64,000 bases of DNA, from contig JBBRVC010000001.1 in the NCBI GenBank assembly GCA_038247205.1, positions 1,060-65,059 on the forward strand, given 5' to 3'. Of the stretch, positions 29,818-37,764 are shown piece after piece (the first letter of the stretch is position 1; each line of letters begins with the position of its first letter). The translations under genes and the position numbers were made by a program. Source of the stretch: Bacteroidales bacterium. GTDB taxonomy: Bacteria > Bacteroidota > Bacteroidia > Bacteroidales > VadinHA17. The notes under the pieces were generated by a model, which worked only from the letters and a program-made list of their open reading frames with translations, was not told where the DNA came from and searched no databases.

Positions 29818-30195
29818 ATGAATCAGAAATTAAGAAATATCAGACAGATTCTGCTTGCTTTTACACTGCTGGTGGCGGTATCAGGATTCTCCTCATGTGA
29901 GAAGTATACCTATAATCCGCCAGCTGTTGATCCGGTCTATCCATGGTCTTTCCAGGATGATATTCAACCGATCTTCAATTCAAAATGTGTTTCATGTCAT
30001 GGTGGCGTGACATCACCCAATCTTAGTGGGGGAAGCGCGTATCAGTCCCTTACCAGGGGTAATTTTATTACACCTCCCGGAGAATCAGCCAGATTATACA
30101 CAAAGATGATTGCACCTGACCATATTTCAAGATCATCAGAAACTGACAGACTCATAGTCCTCTACTGGATAACCCAGGGAGCCCTTAATAATTAA
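29818..30195 (+). CDS. Small monoheme c-type lipoprotein (PSCyt1-like heme site)
   Basis: Lipobox VSGFSSC. IQPIFNSKCVSCHGG contains one CxxCH in the context typical of the Planctomycete-type cytochrome c domain. Confidence 0.65.
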   Translation: MNQKLRNIRQILLAFTLLVAVSGFSSCEKYTYNPPAVDPVYPWSFQDDIQPIFNSKCVSCHGGVTSPNLSGGSAYQSLTRGNFITPPGESARLYTKMIAPDHISRSSETDRLIVLYWITQGALNN

Positions 30196-30225
30196 TTAAC
30201 TCAAAACCCATTTAAACAAGATACC

Positions 30226-31089
30226 ATGAAAAAGGCATTGATCGTTCTATTGTTATCATTATTTCTGGCACCGGTCTTTTCACAGGAAGAGACAGCAAAA
30301 ACTTCTGATCCGGTAAGATTTACTTTCGGCACTGGTCTTCTAATTGATAACCAGACTGTTGCGACCCCATACAAAGGTGGCTTGGAACTCGAAATACACC
30401 ACAGATTCAGTCTGATTGAAAACTACCATAATCTTTTTGGAATTTATGGTTCAGCAAATACGCGCCTGGGATTAACCTACGGAGTTACCGACAGGTTAAT
30501 GATCGGAGCTGGAACAACGAAAGATTACAAGCTTCAGGATATACAGTGGAAATATCTTATACTCCGTCAGACTGAAGATAATAGTATGCCGGTTTCAGTT
30601 TCATATTATGGTAATATGGTTGCTGACCTTCGCACTGAAGACTCTTTCGGACCGGAAGAATCTTACAAGGATATTCACAGACTTTCATACTTTACTCAGC
30701 TTATAATAGCAAGAAAATTCAGCGAAAAAATATCACTTCAGGTAGCTCCTTCGCTGGCTTATTTCAATTCTGTTCCGGTTTATTCAGATACTGCCGGATA
30801 TAAGAATCTTAATTTCGGTGTTCACGTTGGAGCAAAAGCCACAGTTGTAGGCAATCATTCTCTGCTTCTCGAATATGATCAGCTTCTGACAAAACAGGAA
30901 AATCTTGGAGATTTAGATCCAAAACCAAACCTTTCCTTAGGTTGGGAGATTGCAACAGCAACACATAACTTCCAGATTTTTGTGGCAAATTATTCCCAGA
31001 TCATTTCCCAGCGAAACCTTGTATTTAATACAAATGATTTTGCAGAAGGTGAATTTTTGGTTGGCTTTAATATTACAGTAAGATTCTGA
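30226..31089 (+). CDS. Outer-membrane-type beta-barrel protein (DUF5777-like)
   Basis: Signal peptide LLLSLFLAPVFSQ, alternating hydrophobic strands, HNFQIFVANY segment, and terminal ...GFNITVRF. Confidence 0.6.
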   Translation: MKKALIVLLLSLFLAPVFSQEETAKTSDPVRFTFGTGLLIDNQTVATPYKGGLELEIHHRFSLIENYHNLFGIYGSANTRLGLTYGVTDRLMIGAGTTKDYKLQDIQWKYLILRQTEDNSMPVSVSYYGNMVADLRTEDSFGPEESYKDIHRLSYFTQLIIARKFSEKISLQVAPSLAYFNSVPVYSDTAGYKNLNFGVHVGAKATVVGNHSLLLEYDQLLTKQENLGDLDPKPNLSLGWEIATATHNFQIFVANYSQIISQRNLVFNTNDFAEGEFLVGFNITVRF

Positions 31090-31106
31090 ACCTTACCTGA
31101 CCCGGA

Positions 31107-32093
31107 ATGAAGTTAAACAGAACAGGCAGATTCTTCATTACTACTACTATAATACTGAATGCTGCATCTTTTGCAGGAGGCTTACTTTTTGGACAGGATA
31201 ATACCACTCCGGATACTACAGCTTTTGTGTCTCCTTATGCAGAAGATAATGAACGATGTTTTAAATGCCATGGAAGTTCAACCTATGAATATACCAATGA
31301 AAATCTCGGACGCCAGATAAAAGCGATGATGTTTTCTGAGAGGGTTGTTCAGAGACATGATTTCTATGAGTCTAATCATAAGAGTTTCAGTTGTACCGAT
31401 TGTCACTCGGAGGAGTACGTAAATTTCCCTCATAAGGGTGAACTGCGGATGGAACAGAGTTATAATTGTCTCGATTGTCACGGAGGTGATGAAAATTATG
31501 CTAAGTATCACTTCGAGGATATAGACACGGGTTATCAGAAGAGCGTGCATTACAAACTTGAAGAAGGCGGCTTTTCATGCTGGGAGTGCCATGACCCTCA
31601 TACTTATAAAATCACTGTCAGAAGCAATGAGAACCTGAAAGAGACAATATTGTACGACAATAATATCTGTCTTAATTGCCATTCTGACTTCAATCGTTTT
31701 CAACTGCTGTCCGATCGTCAGGAGATTAACATAATCACCAAACACGAATGGCTCCCAAATCAGGCCTCACATTTTAAGAGTGTAAGATGCATCGAATGCC
31801 ATAGCCGGTTAAATGACGATATTCTTATTTCCCATGAAATCCGGCCTAAAGAGGAAGCTGTGAGAAGATGCAATGAATGTCATTCACAGAGTTCGATTCT
31901 AATGGCTTCACTATATAAATTCGAGTCGAAAGAGCAGCGTAAGGATGGATTTTTCAATGGAATTATACTCAATGAGTCGTATGTGATCGGCGCTAACAGG
32001 AATGAGTATCTCAACATCCTCAGCCTTATAATCTTTTTCATCACAATTGGTATAATAGGAGTTCATGTATTTTTCAGAATATTGAAGAAGTAA
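31107..32093 (+). CDS. Heptaheme c-type cytochrome with a C-terminal membrane anchor
   Basis: Seven CxxCH motifs (CFKCH, CTDCH, CLDCH, CWECH, CLNCH, CIECH, CNECH). N-terminal signal and C-terminal TM LNILSLIIFFITIGIIGVHVFF. Confidence 0.85.
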   Translation: MKLNRTGRFFITTTIILNAASFAGGLLFGQDNTTPDTTAFVSPYAEDNERCFKCHGSSTYEYTNENLGRQIKAMMFSERVVQRHDFYESNHKSFSCTDCHSEEYVNFPHKGELRMEQSYNCLDCHGGDENYAKYHFEDIDTGYQKSVHYKLEEGGFSCWECHDPHTYKITVRSNENLKETILYDNNICLNCHSDFNRFQLLSDRQEINIITKHEWLPNQASHFKSVRCIECHSRLNDDILISHEIRPKEEAVRRCNECHSQSSILMASLYKFESKEQRKDGFFNGIILNESYVIGANRNEYLNILSLIIFFITIGIIGVHVFFRILKK

Positions 32094-32113
32094 TTTATTT
32101 AAAAGGTTATAAA

Positions 32114-32728
32114 ATGTACTTATATCCAAAATGGGTCAGATTGTGGCATGTAACTAATGCTGTAATGTTCATTATTCTTATTGTCACAGGGTTAAGTATG
32201 CAATATACTGATAAAGAAAATGCCTTCTATGTTGTTGGTTTCGCCAATGCTGTGAAGTGGCATAATTTTGCTGCTCTCGTTCTTACCGCAGGATATGTAG
32301 TTTTTGTTGCAGGAAATATATTAACGGAGAATGGCAAATATTACAGAATGGGAAAGAAGAAATTTTTTTCCGATCTTATAGAACAGCTTAAATATTATTC
32401 GGTAGGAATGTTTAAAGGAGAAAAGCATCCCTTTCCTGTTACAGAAGAACGAAAATTCAATCCCTTACAAAAAGTAACTTACGTGCTGGCATTGTATTTA
32501 GGCATGCCTTTACTTATCATCTCAGGTGTCGGACTTCTTTTCCCTGAAATAACAATCAAGGTTCTGTTCGGAATAAGCGGTCTCATTCTCACTGACATTT
32601 TACATATCACAATGGGTTTTTTCCTTTCAATATTTATGATTATTCATATTTATACATGTACCCTGGGTTCAAAACCAACTTCTCTTTTCAGAGGGATAAT
32701 CACAGGATATCACGAGTCAGAACATTAA
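32114..32728 (+). CDS. Cytochrome b (b561/Ni-hydrogenase-type, PhsC/FdnI-like) membrane subunit
   Basis: 204 aa with four TM helices. Four intramembrane His (WHVTN, KWHNF, ILHIT, IIHIY) fit a dihaem b. Confidence 0.75.
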   Translation: MYLYPKWVRLWHVTNAVMFIILIVTGLSMQYTDKENAFYVVGFANAVKWHNFAALVLTAGYVVFVAGNILTENGKYYRMGKKKFFSDLIEQLKYYSVGMFKGEKHPFPVTEERKFNPLQKVTYVLALYLGMPLLIISGVGLLFPEITIKVLFGISGLILTDILHITMGFFLSIFMIIHIYTCTLGSKPTSLFRGIITGYHESEH

Positions 32729-32743
32729 AATAAATGTCAGCTA

Positions 32744-33002
32744 ATGAAGAAAGAGGCAGATGAAGAAGTTTCTGGCAATTCATCGCGAAGAAACTTTCTG
32801 AAAAAGGTGGGAATTGGAGTGGGTGCCGCTTCTCTGACAGGTGTTGCAGGTTCAGCAATTATTGCTGCAAATTCAGGTAGTGCAGTATCAGGTAAACGAG
32901 TTAGACTGCTTACAACAGATGGTCAACTTGTTGAAGTTGATGTTGAAAACATTAAGCCTGTTAAAGAACTGGTTGCAGAAGCCAAAGAGGAAGCAAGAAT
33001 AG
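32744..33002 (+). pseudogene. 5' fragment of a Tat-exported NrfC-like Fe-S protein gene (signal plus first ~85 codons only)
   Basis: Twin-arginine motif SRRNFLKKVG. The frame then runs directly into unrelated M4-protease sequence near 33003 and no Cys-cluster region is present. Confidence 0.6.
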
Positions 33003-33560
33003 GTTACCAAGCCGGAGGGTCATATGACTATATCCATGTAGGCCAAACAATCGGAACCGCTGGATTTGAGGGTTCACTCGATGTTATCGCTCACGAATTC
33101 TCTCATGGAGTTATGTATCGAGCAAGGGGTGTTGATGGTACGTCATATAATTATGAAGAAACAGGTGCCCTATGTGAGTCATTTAGTGATATTTTTGGAA
33201 TTATGATTGAGTATTTTACTACAGGCACAACCGACTATATTGTAGGGTCGAATCTTTTAGATTATTTTAAGAGATCTGTTCAAAATCCAAGATCCTACCA
33301 GTCTTAATCAGCTACTCCGTGGTTAGATTCATACTGTACATATCAGATAGGTGGATTAACTGGATACACAGTTCCCCTTTACTATCATGAGGGGACTTAT
33401 TGGATTTACGGTACTGGTTCACTTCCGGCTCATGTTAATAATTCTGTTCAGAATTACTGGTTTTATTTACTTGCAAATGGAGGAAGCCAACTTGGAGTAA
33501 CTGTAAATGGTATTGGACTCAACTATGCCAGTCGGATTGCTTATAGAAATATGGTATACT
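33003..33560 (+). pseudogene. Internal fragment of an M4 (thermolysin-like) metalloprotease, frameshifted
   Basis: SLDVIAHEFSHGVMY...ETGALCESFSDIFG carries HExxH plus the third-ligand Glu. A stop falls at 33305-33307. Homology then continues in another frame (NYWFYLLANGGSQLGVTVNGIGLNYASRIAYRNMVY). The pro-region and N-domain are absent. Confidence 0.8.
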
Positions 33561-33589
33561 GGAAGCAATTCAAGCAAAACAGAAAGTAA

Positions 33590-34934
33590 GAATGCAGATA
33601 CTTTGCTCACCGCGGAAACCGGTTTTAAATCATCATGGACGAGCCAGTTGCATTCTCTCCAATGGACCTTGCCGGTAAAAGGAAAAACCAGATGGATTTA
33701 TGATCTTAATTTCAATGAGATGTCAGTTCAGAGAGAGAATTATCTGAGGTCTGAAAAACATCTTAGCGATAATACACTTAGCGAATCGAAATATAAATCT
33801 TACAGGTTTTCCCCGGAAGTTATTAATATTGGCTCAAAGATCTTTTTTATCAGGACAGAAAAGAACTTTGGGTACTCTGGCGGCGTCTTCTACCGGTTCC
33901 GGGATTTTACTCCAAATATTCTGGCAACTAATTTAAAGGATGAAATATCCACCGTCAACAGCTTTGTGAAAGGTTATGTAATATCAGAACCCGCAGCTTT
34001 CATGTCGGGTAATCTGAGATTCCGATCCGATTGGTTATTGGAAGGAGGTTTAAGATTATCAGCAGGAATAACCGAAAAAACCATATTTGTAAATTTTGAA
34101 CCACGTTTAAGGCTTACACATGAATCGTCTACTAACTTTTGGCAGCATATCAATTATATCAGAATAAGTCAGTATGATCATTCTCTGGAATCTTCGAATG
34201 TTGGGTTAAGATCAATGTTATGGATTCCAATAACCGAGGAATTCGGACCGGAAGTGTCGGACGTCTATTCTCTTGGTGTAAATGGTCAGGTCAAGAATTA
34301 TACCTGGTCGGCAGACATTTATTTGAAAACAATGCAAGGTATGGTCGATTTCAAGCCGGGAGCAAGCTTCTTATATGCAACATCTATAAATGAATTGCTG
34401 GATAAGATCCAGGGAAGATCTTACGGTATAGAAACCTTCCTAGTTAAAAGGATTGGCAAGCTAAGTGGCAATTTCACTTACACTTATTCAAGGTCGAAAA
34501 GAGATTGGTATGCACCTGAAGGCCGGATATGGATACCGTCAGTAGCTGACAGACCCCATAATTTTAATATTGCTCTGAAGTACAACTGGAAAACCAGAAC
34601 CAGCTTTGGACTTAATTGGGTTTATTCATCAGGGCTCCCGGCAACAATGTATATACACAATTCATTATCCGGCAGATGGTTTGAAACAAAAAATAATATC
34701 AGGTATCCTGATTACCATAGATTAGACCTATCAGTAAGAAGGATTTTTAAAATAAAGAGAACCCTAATTAACCTTGATTTCGATATAGCAAATGTTTATA
34801 ATAGGAGAAACACTTTCTATTTAAAAGAAGTCTTTGACGAAACGCGTAAGACCTTTGTTCATAAAAATGTTTCATTATTCCCAATAATGCCCTCTTTCTC
34901 CCTGTCAATTCAACAATCTTGGAACAAGAAATGA
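33590..34934 (+). pseudogene. C-terminal ~450 codons of a TonB-dependent receptor beta-barrel (no plug, no N-terminus)
   Basis: Beta-barrel strand pattern. YPDYHRLDLSVRR and FDIANVYNRRN are typical of TBDR C-termini. The upstream part is replaced by the M4 fragment. Confidence 0.7.
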
Positions 34935-35191
34935 AATCTTCCTATCACTGTAAGACACATTCCGCAAAAGTGAACATGTCCAAGCTAAATAAGTATGTAA
35001 AGTGAAACCAGGATTACTAACCAAATGTGTAAGGTTTTTCTAGGATGAGACAGACTGGCCATATGTGGTCACGCCGTTCGGCTTCTGCAGTTATATTACA
35101 ACATAAAGAAATAATTATAGTAGAAAATTATTTCTACTATAATAATACACTCTTTAGTTGTAGTTAATTTTAAAATGAAAGGCTAACAAAT

Positions 35192-35335
35192 CTACACTTT
35201 ACCAAGTATCCTAAACATCCCGGTTCCGCAAGTTGGACACTTACCCTTCATTGCTTTTCTGCCATTTTTCATTGTAACTTCAACAGAATCTTTAATTTCT
35301 TTTTTAGACTTACATTTTACGCAATATCCTTCCAT
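35192..35335 (-). CDS. 47-aa zinc-ribbon protein (DUF5679-like), below the ORF-track cutoff
   Basis: Hand translation gives MEGYCVKCKSKKEIKDSVEVTMKNGRKAMKGKCPTCGTGMFRILGKV, with two CxxC pairs. ATG at 35335-35333 and TAG at 35194-35192. Confidence 0.55.
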   Translation of the reverse strand: MEGYCVKCKSKKEIKDSVEVTMKNGRKAMKGKCPTCGTGMFRILGKV

Positions 35336-35498
35336 GATCTAATTAATTTAGTTATGATTAATCTATTTCATTGCAAATGTAAGCTTTTTACATGCGGTTA
35401 CAAATTGTAATCGTTAAGTAAGCAACAAATAGGGATCGGCTCACGAAACGGAAGTCACCGGACGTCTCCTCCAGGACAAGATTATAAGTTTTATTTAA

Positions 35499-35726
35499 CG
35501 AACCATAAAAGGAATTGAAGCAGCTAGGGCAAGAGGATTAAAAGGAGGTAGACCGGCAGGATCTTATAACAAGAAGAAAGCCTCTGCAGTTGTGACCCTA
35601 TATAAACAGAAGAATTCTATAGATTCTATTGAAGATGCCCTTAATATAAGCAGATCAACAATTTATCGATACCTTAGAAATGAGGGCATGGAGGTTAAAG
35701 GATTCAAAAAAGTGAAAAATAAATAA
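35499..35726 (+). pseudogene. 3' fragment of a serine recombinase (resolvase/invertase): HTH tail only
   Basis: RTIKGIEAARARGLKGGRPAGSYNKKKASAVVTLYKQKNSIDSIEDALNISRSTIYRYL... is preceded by an in-frame TAA. The catalytic domain is missing. Confidence 0.75.
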
Positions 35727-35900
35727 AGATATATCGTAATGATAAAATCTAAGTTGTTAATGAAGATCTCTAGTTTACCAGCTGAAGACGTAGAACAGGA
35801 AAAAAGGGTAATACAAGAAATCTGAAACCTTACCCGGGTCCCGGAAGAGGATACCTTAACGGCTTCGGATAATGATTTTGCTGAAATTAAGTATATGATG

Positions 35901-36221
35901 TTACCTGCCGGGGTTTCTATTTTCGTCGTTGATATTAATGGGGTCTTGTCTCGTGTCAAAAACATCCGTAATTAGCATTCCTTCGGGTATTTCTTTATAG
36001 ATGATTTTGTAATTTCCTTTTACCAAGTATCTGTGTCCTTCGTTAAGTTCTTCAAGATTTATTTCAATCTGGCCTGAGGAAGGATGCTTTTTTAGTTGCT
36101 TGGTCGCAGTGAAGATTTCAGCCTTAATTTTCTGGGCAATAGTCGGACTGGCCTTTTCTTTGTAGTATTGATAGATTTCTGATAGTGTTTCAGAAGCAAA
36201 ATCTGACCAAATAATCTTCAT
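35901..36221 (-). CDS. Type II toxin, ParE/RelE superfamily
   Basis: 106 aa. Begins MKIIWSDFASETLSEIYQYY, contains HRYLVKGNYKIIYKE, and lies 4 nt downstream of a small antitoxin-sized ORF. Confidence 0.75.
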   Translation of the reverse strand: MKIIWSDFASETLSEIYQYYKEKASPTIAQKIKAEIFTATKQLKKHPSSGQIEINLEELNEGHRYLVKGNYKIIYKEIPEGMLITDVFDTRQDPININDENRNPGR

Positions 36222-36225
36222 TTGA

Positions 36226-36468
36226 TTACCAGTTTTTTGATTCTTTTTCCAGTTGCTCTTGAGTCTTGTATTTTCCAGACTGATAATCTAAAGTAGACCT
36301 TTTAGCTCTATCAATTAATTGTTCTTGAGTAAACGGTTCCAGGCTTCGTTTAGCTATCTGTGTTTTTTGGACTTCAGTTATTATTGACTCGATTTTACGA
36401 AAAATCTTTTCATCACGAAGTCCAACTAGGTATTCAATTGCATTAAGCTTTCTTGTCTGTAAGTCCAT
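36226..36468 (-). CDS. Cognate antitoxin (family not assigned)
   Basis: 80 aa, acidic and helical, immediately upstream of the ParE/RelE-like gene on the same strand. Confidence 0.6.
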   Translation of the reverse strand: MDLQTRKLNAIEYLVGLRDEKIFRKIESIITEVQKTQIAKRSLEPFTQEQLIDRAKRSTLDYQSGKYKTQEQLEKESKNW

Positions 36469-36607
36469 AATGATGTTTTTTACAAAGATACATTACAAAT
36501 GAATAATTCGCATCTATTTTCGGTGCTTTTTGGTTTTATAACCTTGCCACACCAACTCAATAAAAGCAACTTGTACAAGATGCAAACATCCTGGCAAGCC
36601 TACCTAC

Positions 36608-36964
36608 TTATCTCCTCTTTATCTTATTGCTTCGTAACCTTTCAGCTTCTTTGATATGTTCCGGTCTTGAGGGTATTTTGCCTATTTTTTTAAATAGCAA
36701 CTCGAAGGCTTCCTGTAATGCATCCTTTTGGGTAAACATTGAATCTCCCTGTTGTCTTTTCAGGTGAACATAATCCCTGATCTTCTCCAGGTGATCAGAT
36801 TTAATGATGAATGTTTGCCGGATTTCTTCCGGGTATTTTTCGGTGAGAACTGTATTTTTTTCTTCCTTTACCTCAGGACCGGTGAATAAACTACTTATTC
36901 TTTTTTTAGCTGAAATGTTCGTTTTAAGAAGAAAGCCTCTGCAGTTGTTACGCTTTACAAGCAA
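36608..36964 (-). CDS. Hypothetical protein, probably 5'-truncated (mobile-element context)
   Basis: 118-aa ORF. Its first ~13 codons are antisense to the second recombinase fragment, so the real N-terminus is probably lost. Confidence 0.35.
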   Translation of the reverse strand: MLVKRNNCRGFLLKTNISAKKRISSLFTGPEVKEEKNTVLTEKYPEEIRQTFIIKSDHLEKIRDYVHLKRQQGDSMFTQKDALQEAFELLFKKIGKIPSRPEHIKEAERLRSNKIKRR

Positions 36965-37081
36965 AAAAATTCAATTAACTTTATCGAGGAAACACAGAAT
37001 ATAAGCAGGTCAACTATTTACCGGTATCTTAGAAAAGAGGGCGTAGAAGTTAAGGGATTCAAAAAGGTTAAAAATAATTGA
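36926..37081 (+). pseudogene. Second, shorter serine-recombinase HTH fragment (paralogous to 35571-35726)
   Basis: KKKASAVVTLYKQKNSINFIEETQNISRSTIYRYLRKEGVEVKGFKKVKNN*. It has the same 156-nt length as the matching part of the first copy. My hand count found 33 of 156 mismatches, mostly at third positions. Confidence 0.75.
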
Positions 37082-37102
37082 CTCTGCTGCGTTCGGCTAT
37101 AA

Positions 37103-37317
37103 GAAGAAATCCTTAAAGGAATTGAAGAAGTTGAAAATGGAGAAACTGTAGACTACGAGGAATTCATTGAGAATCATCGTTAATGAAAAGAGAAATCAAA
37201 CTTTCCAAGAGAACGATTAGAAAATGGTACGGCTCAATAAAGATGGATACTATATTGATCGATAAGCTTTTCACAGATTATTATACATTGTTTGTTTTTG
37301 CCAATTTTGTCAGATAA
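37103..37317 (+). pseudogene. Decayed second toxin-antitoxin pair (antitoxin C-terminus plus truncated toxin-like ORF)
   Basis: EEILKGIEEVENGETVDYEEFIENHR* overlaps by TAATG with MKREIKLSKRTIRKW..., a ParE-like start that then degenerates. Confidence 0.4.
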
Positions 37318-37382
37318 TCACTAAAAGTGAAATACCCATAAAATGCAGCAATGATCATGAGAAGTACTCCGATGTTCACAAA

Positions 37383-37745
37383 ATGACGTCTGGTTATATA
37401 CTCCTCAAGATGATAAACTATATTGGTATTCTCCTGCCAATAATTATTATTGGATTTCCAAAATTACGTACAATCCGAAACATAACTATTGCAGCCATTA
37501 TTGCAATGCTTGCTCTTTGGGTTAACAGGTATATAATTGTTATACCTACTCTTGAAACACCTTTTTTGCCGATACAGGACACCCGTCCGGAATGGATCAA
37601 TTATTCACCCACCTGGGTTGAATGGGCATTGACGGCAGCAGGTGTATCAATATTTGCAATGTTATTTATGCTGGTCTCAAAAATTGCACCCATTATTTCA
37701 ATCTCGGAGATGCAGCATCAGGATAAGGAAGAGGTTCTGAAATAG
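37383..37745 (+). pseudogene. 3' fragment of an NrfD/PsrC-family membrane quinol-interacting subunit
   Basis: LLPIIIIGFPKLRTIRNITIAAIIAMLALWVNRYIIVIPTLETPFLP...YSPTWVEWALTAAGVSIFAMLF matches the last two to three helices of NrfD-like proteins. About 300 N-terminal codons are absent. Confidence 0.6.
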
Positions 37746-37764
37746 TATATTAAGTAGAATAAAT

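Larger units (their letters stand above)
33003..37400. other. Mosaic block of gene fragments, toxin-antitoxin and recombinase remnants that replaces the middle of the nrfC/nrfD-like pair
   Basis: Abrupt protein-family switches occur at about 33003, about 33560-33590 and about 37320-37400. The contents are listed as separate features. Confidence 0.7.

Noticed and set aside
32744-33307. The 187-aa ORF as one intact protein (a Tat-exported M4-like protease).
   Set aside because: The M4 part starts mid-domain just before HExxH, lacks the N-terminal domain and continues only after a frameshift. The Tat part matches NrfC-like N-termini. I interpret it as a chimeric junction, not a designed fusion.
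35663-35965. 100-aa minus-strand ORF as a gene.
   Set aside because: Its 3' third is antisense to the recombinase HTH fragment and its 5' end overlaps the toxin gene end. The composition is not protein-like.
37281-37466. Minus-strand TM-like reading frame (...FVNIGVLLMIIAAFYGYFTFSDYLTKLAKTNNV*) as the end of another membrane protein at the right junction.
   Set aside because: It has no start codon and shares codon boundaries with the plus-strand NrfD-like frame. An antisense reading of hydrophobic codons often looks hydrophobic.
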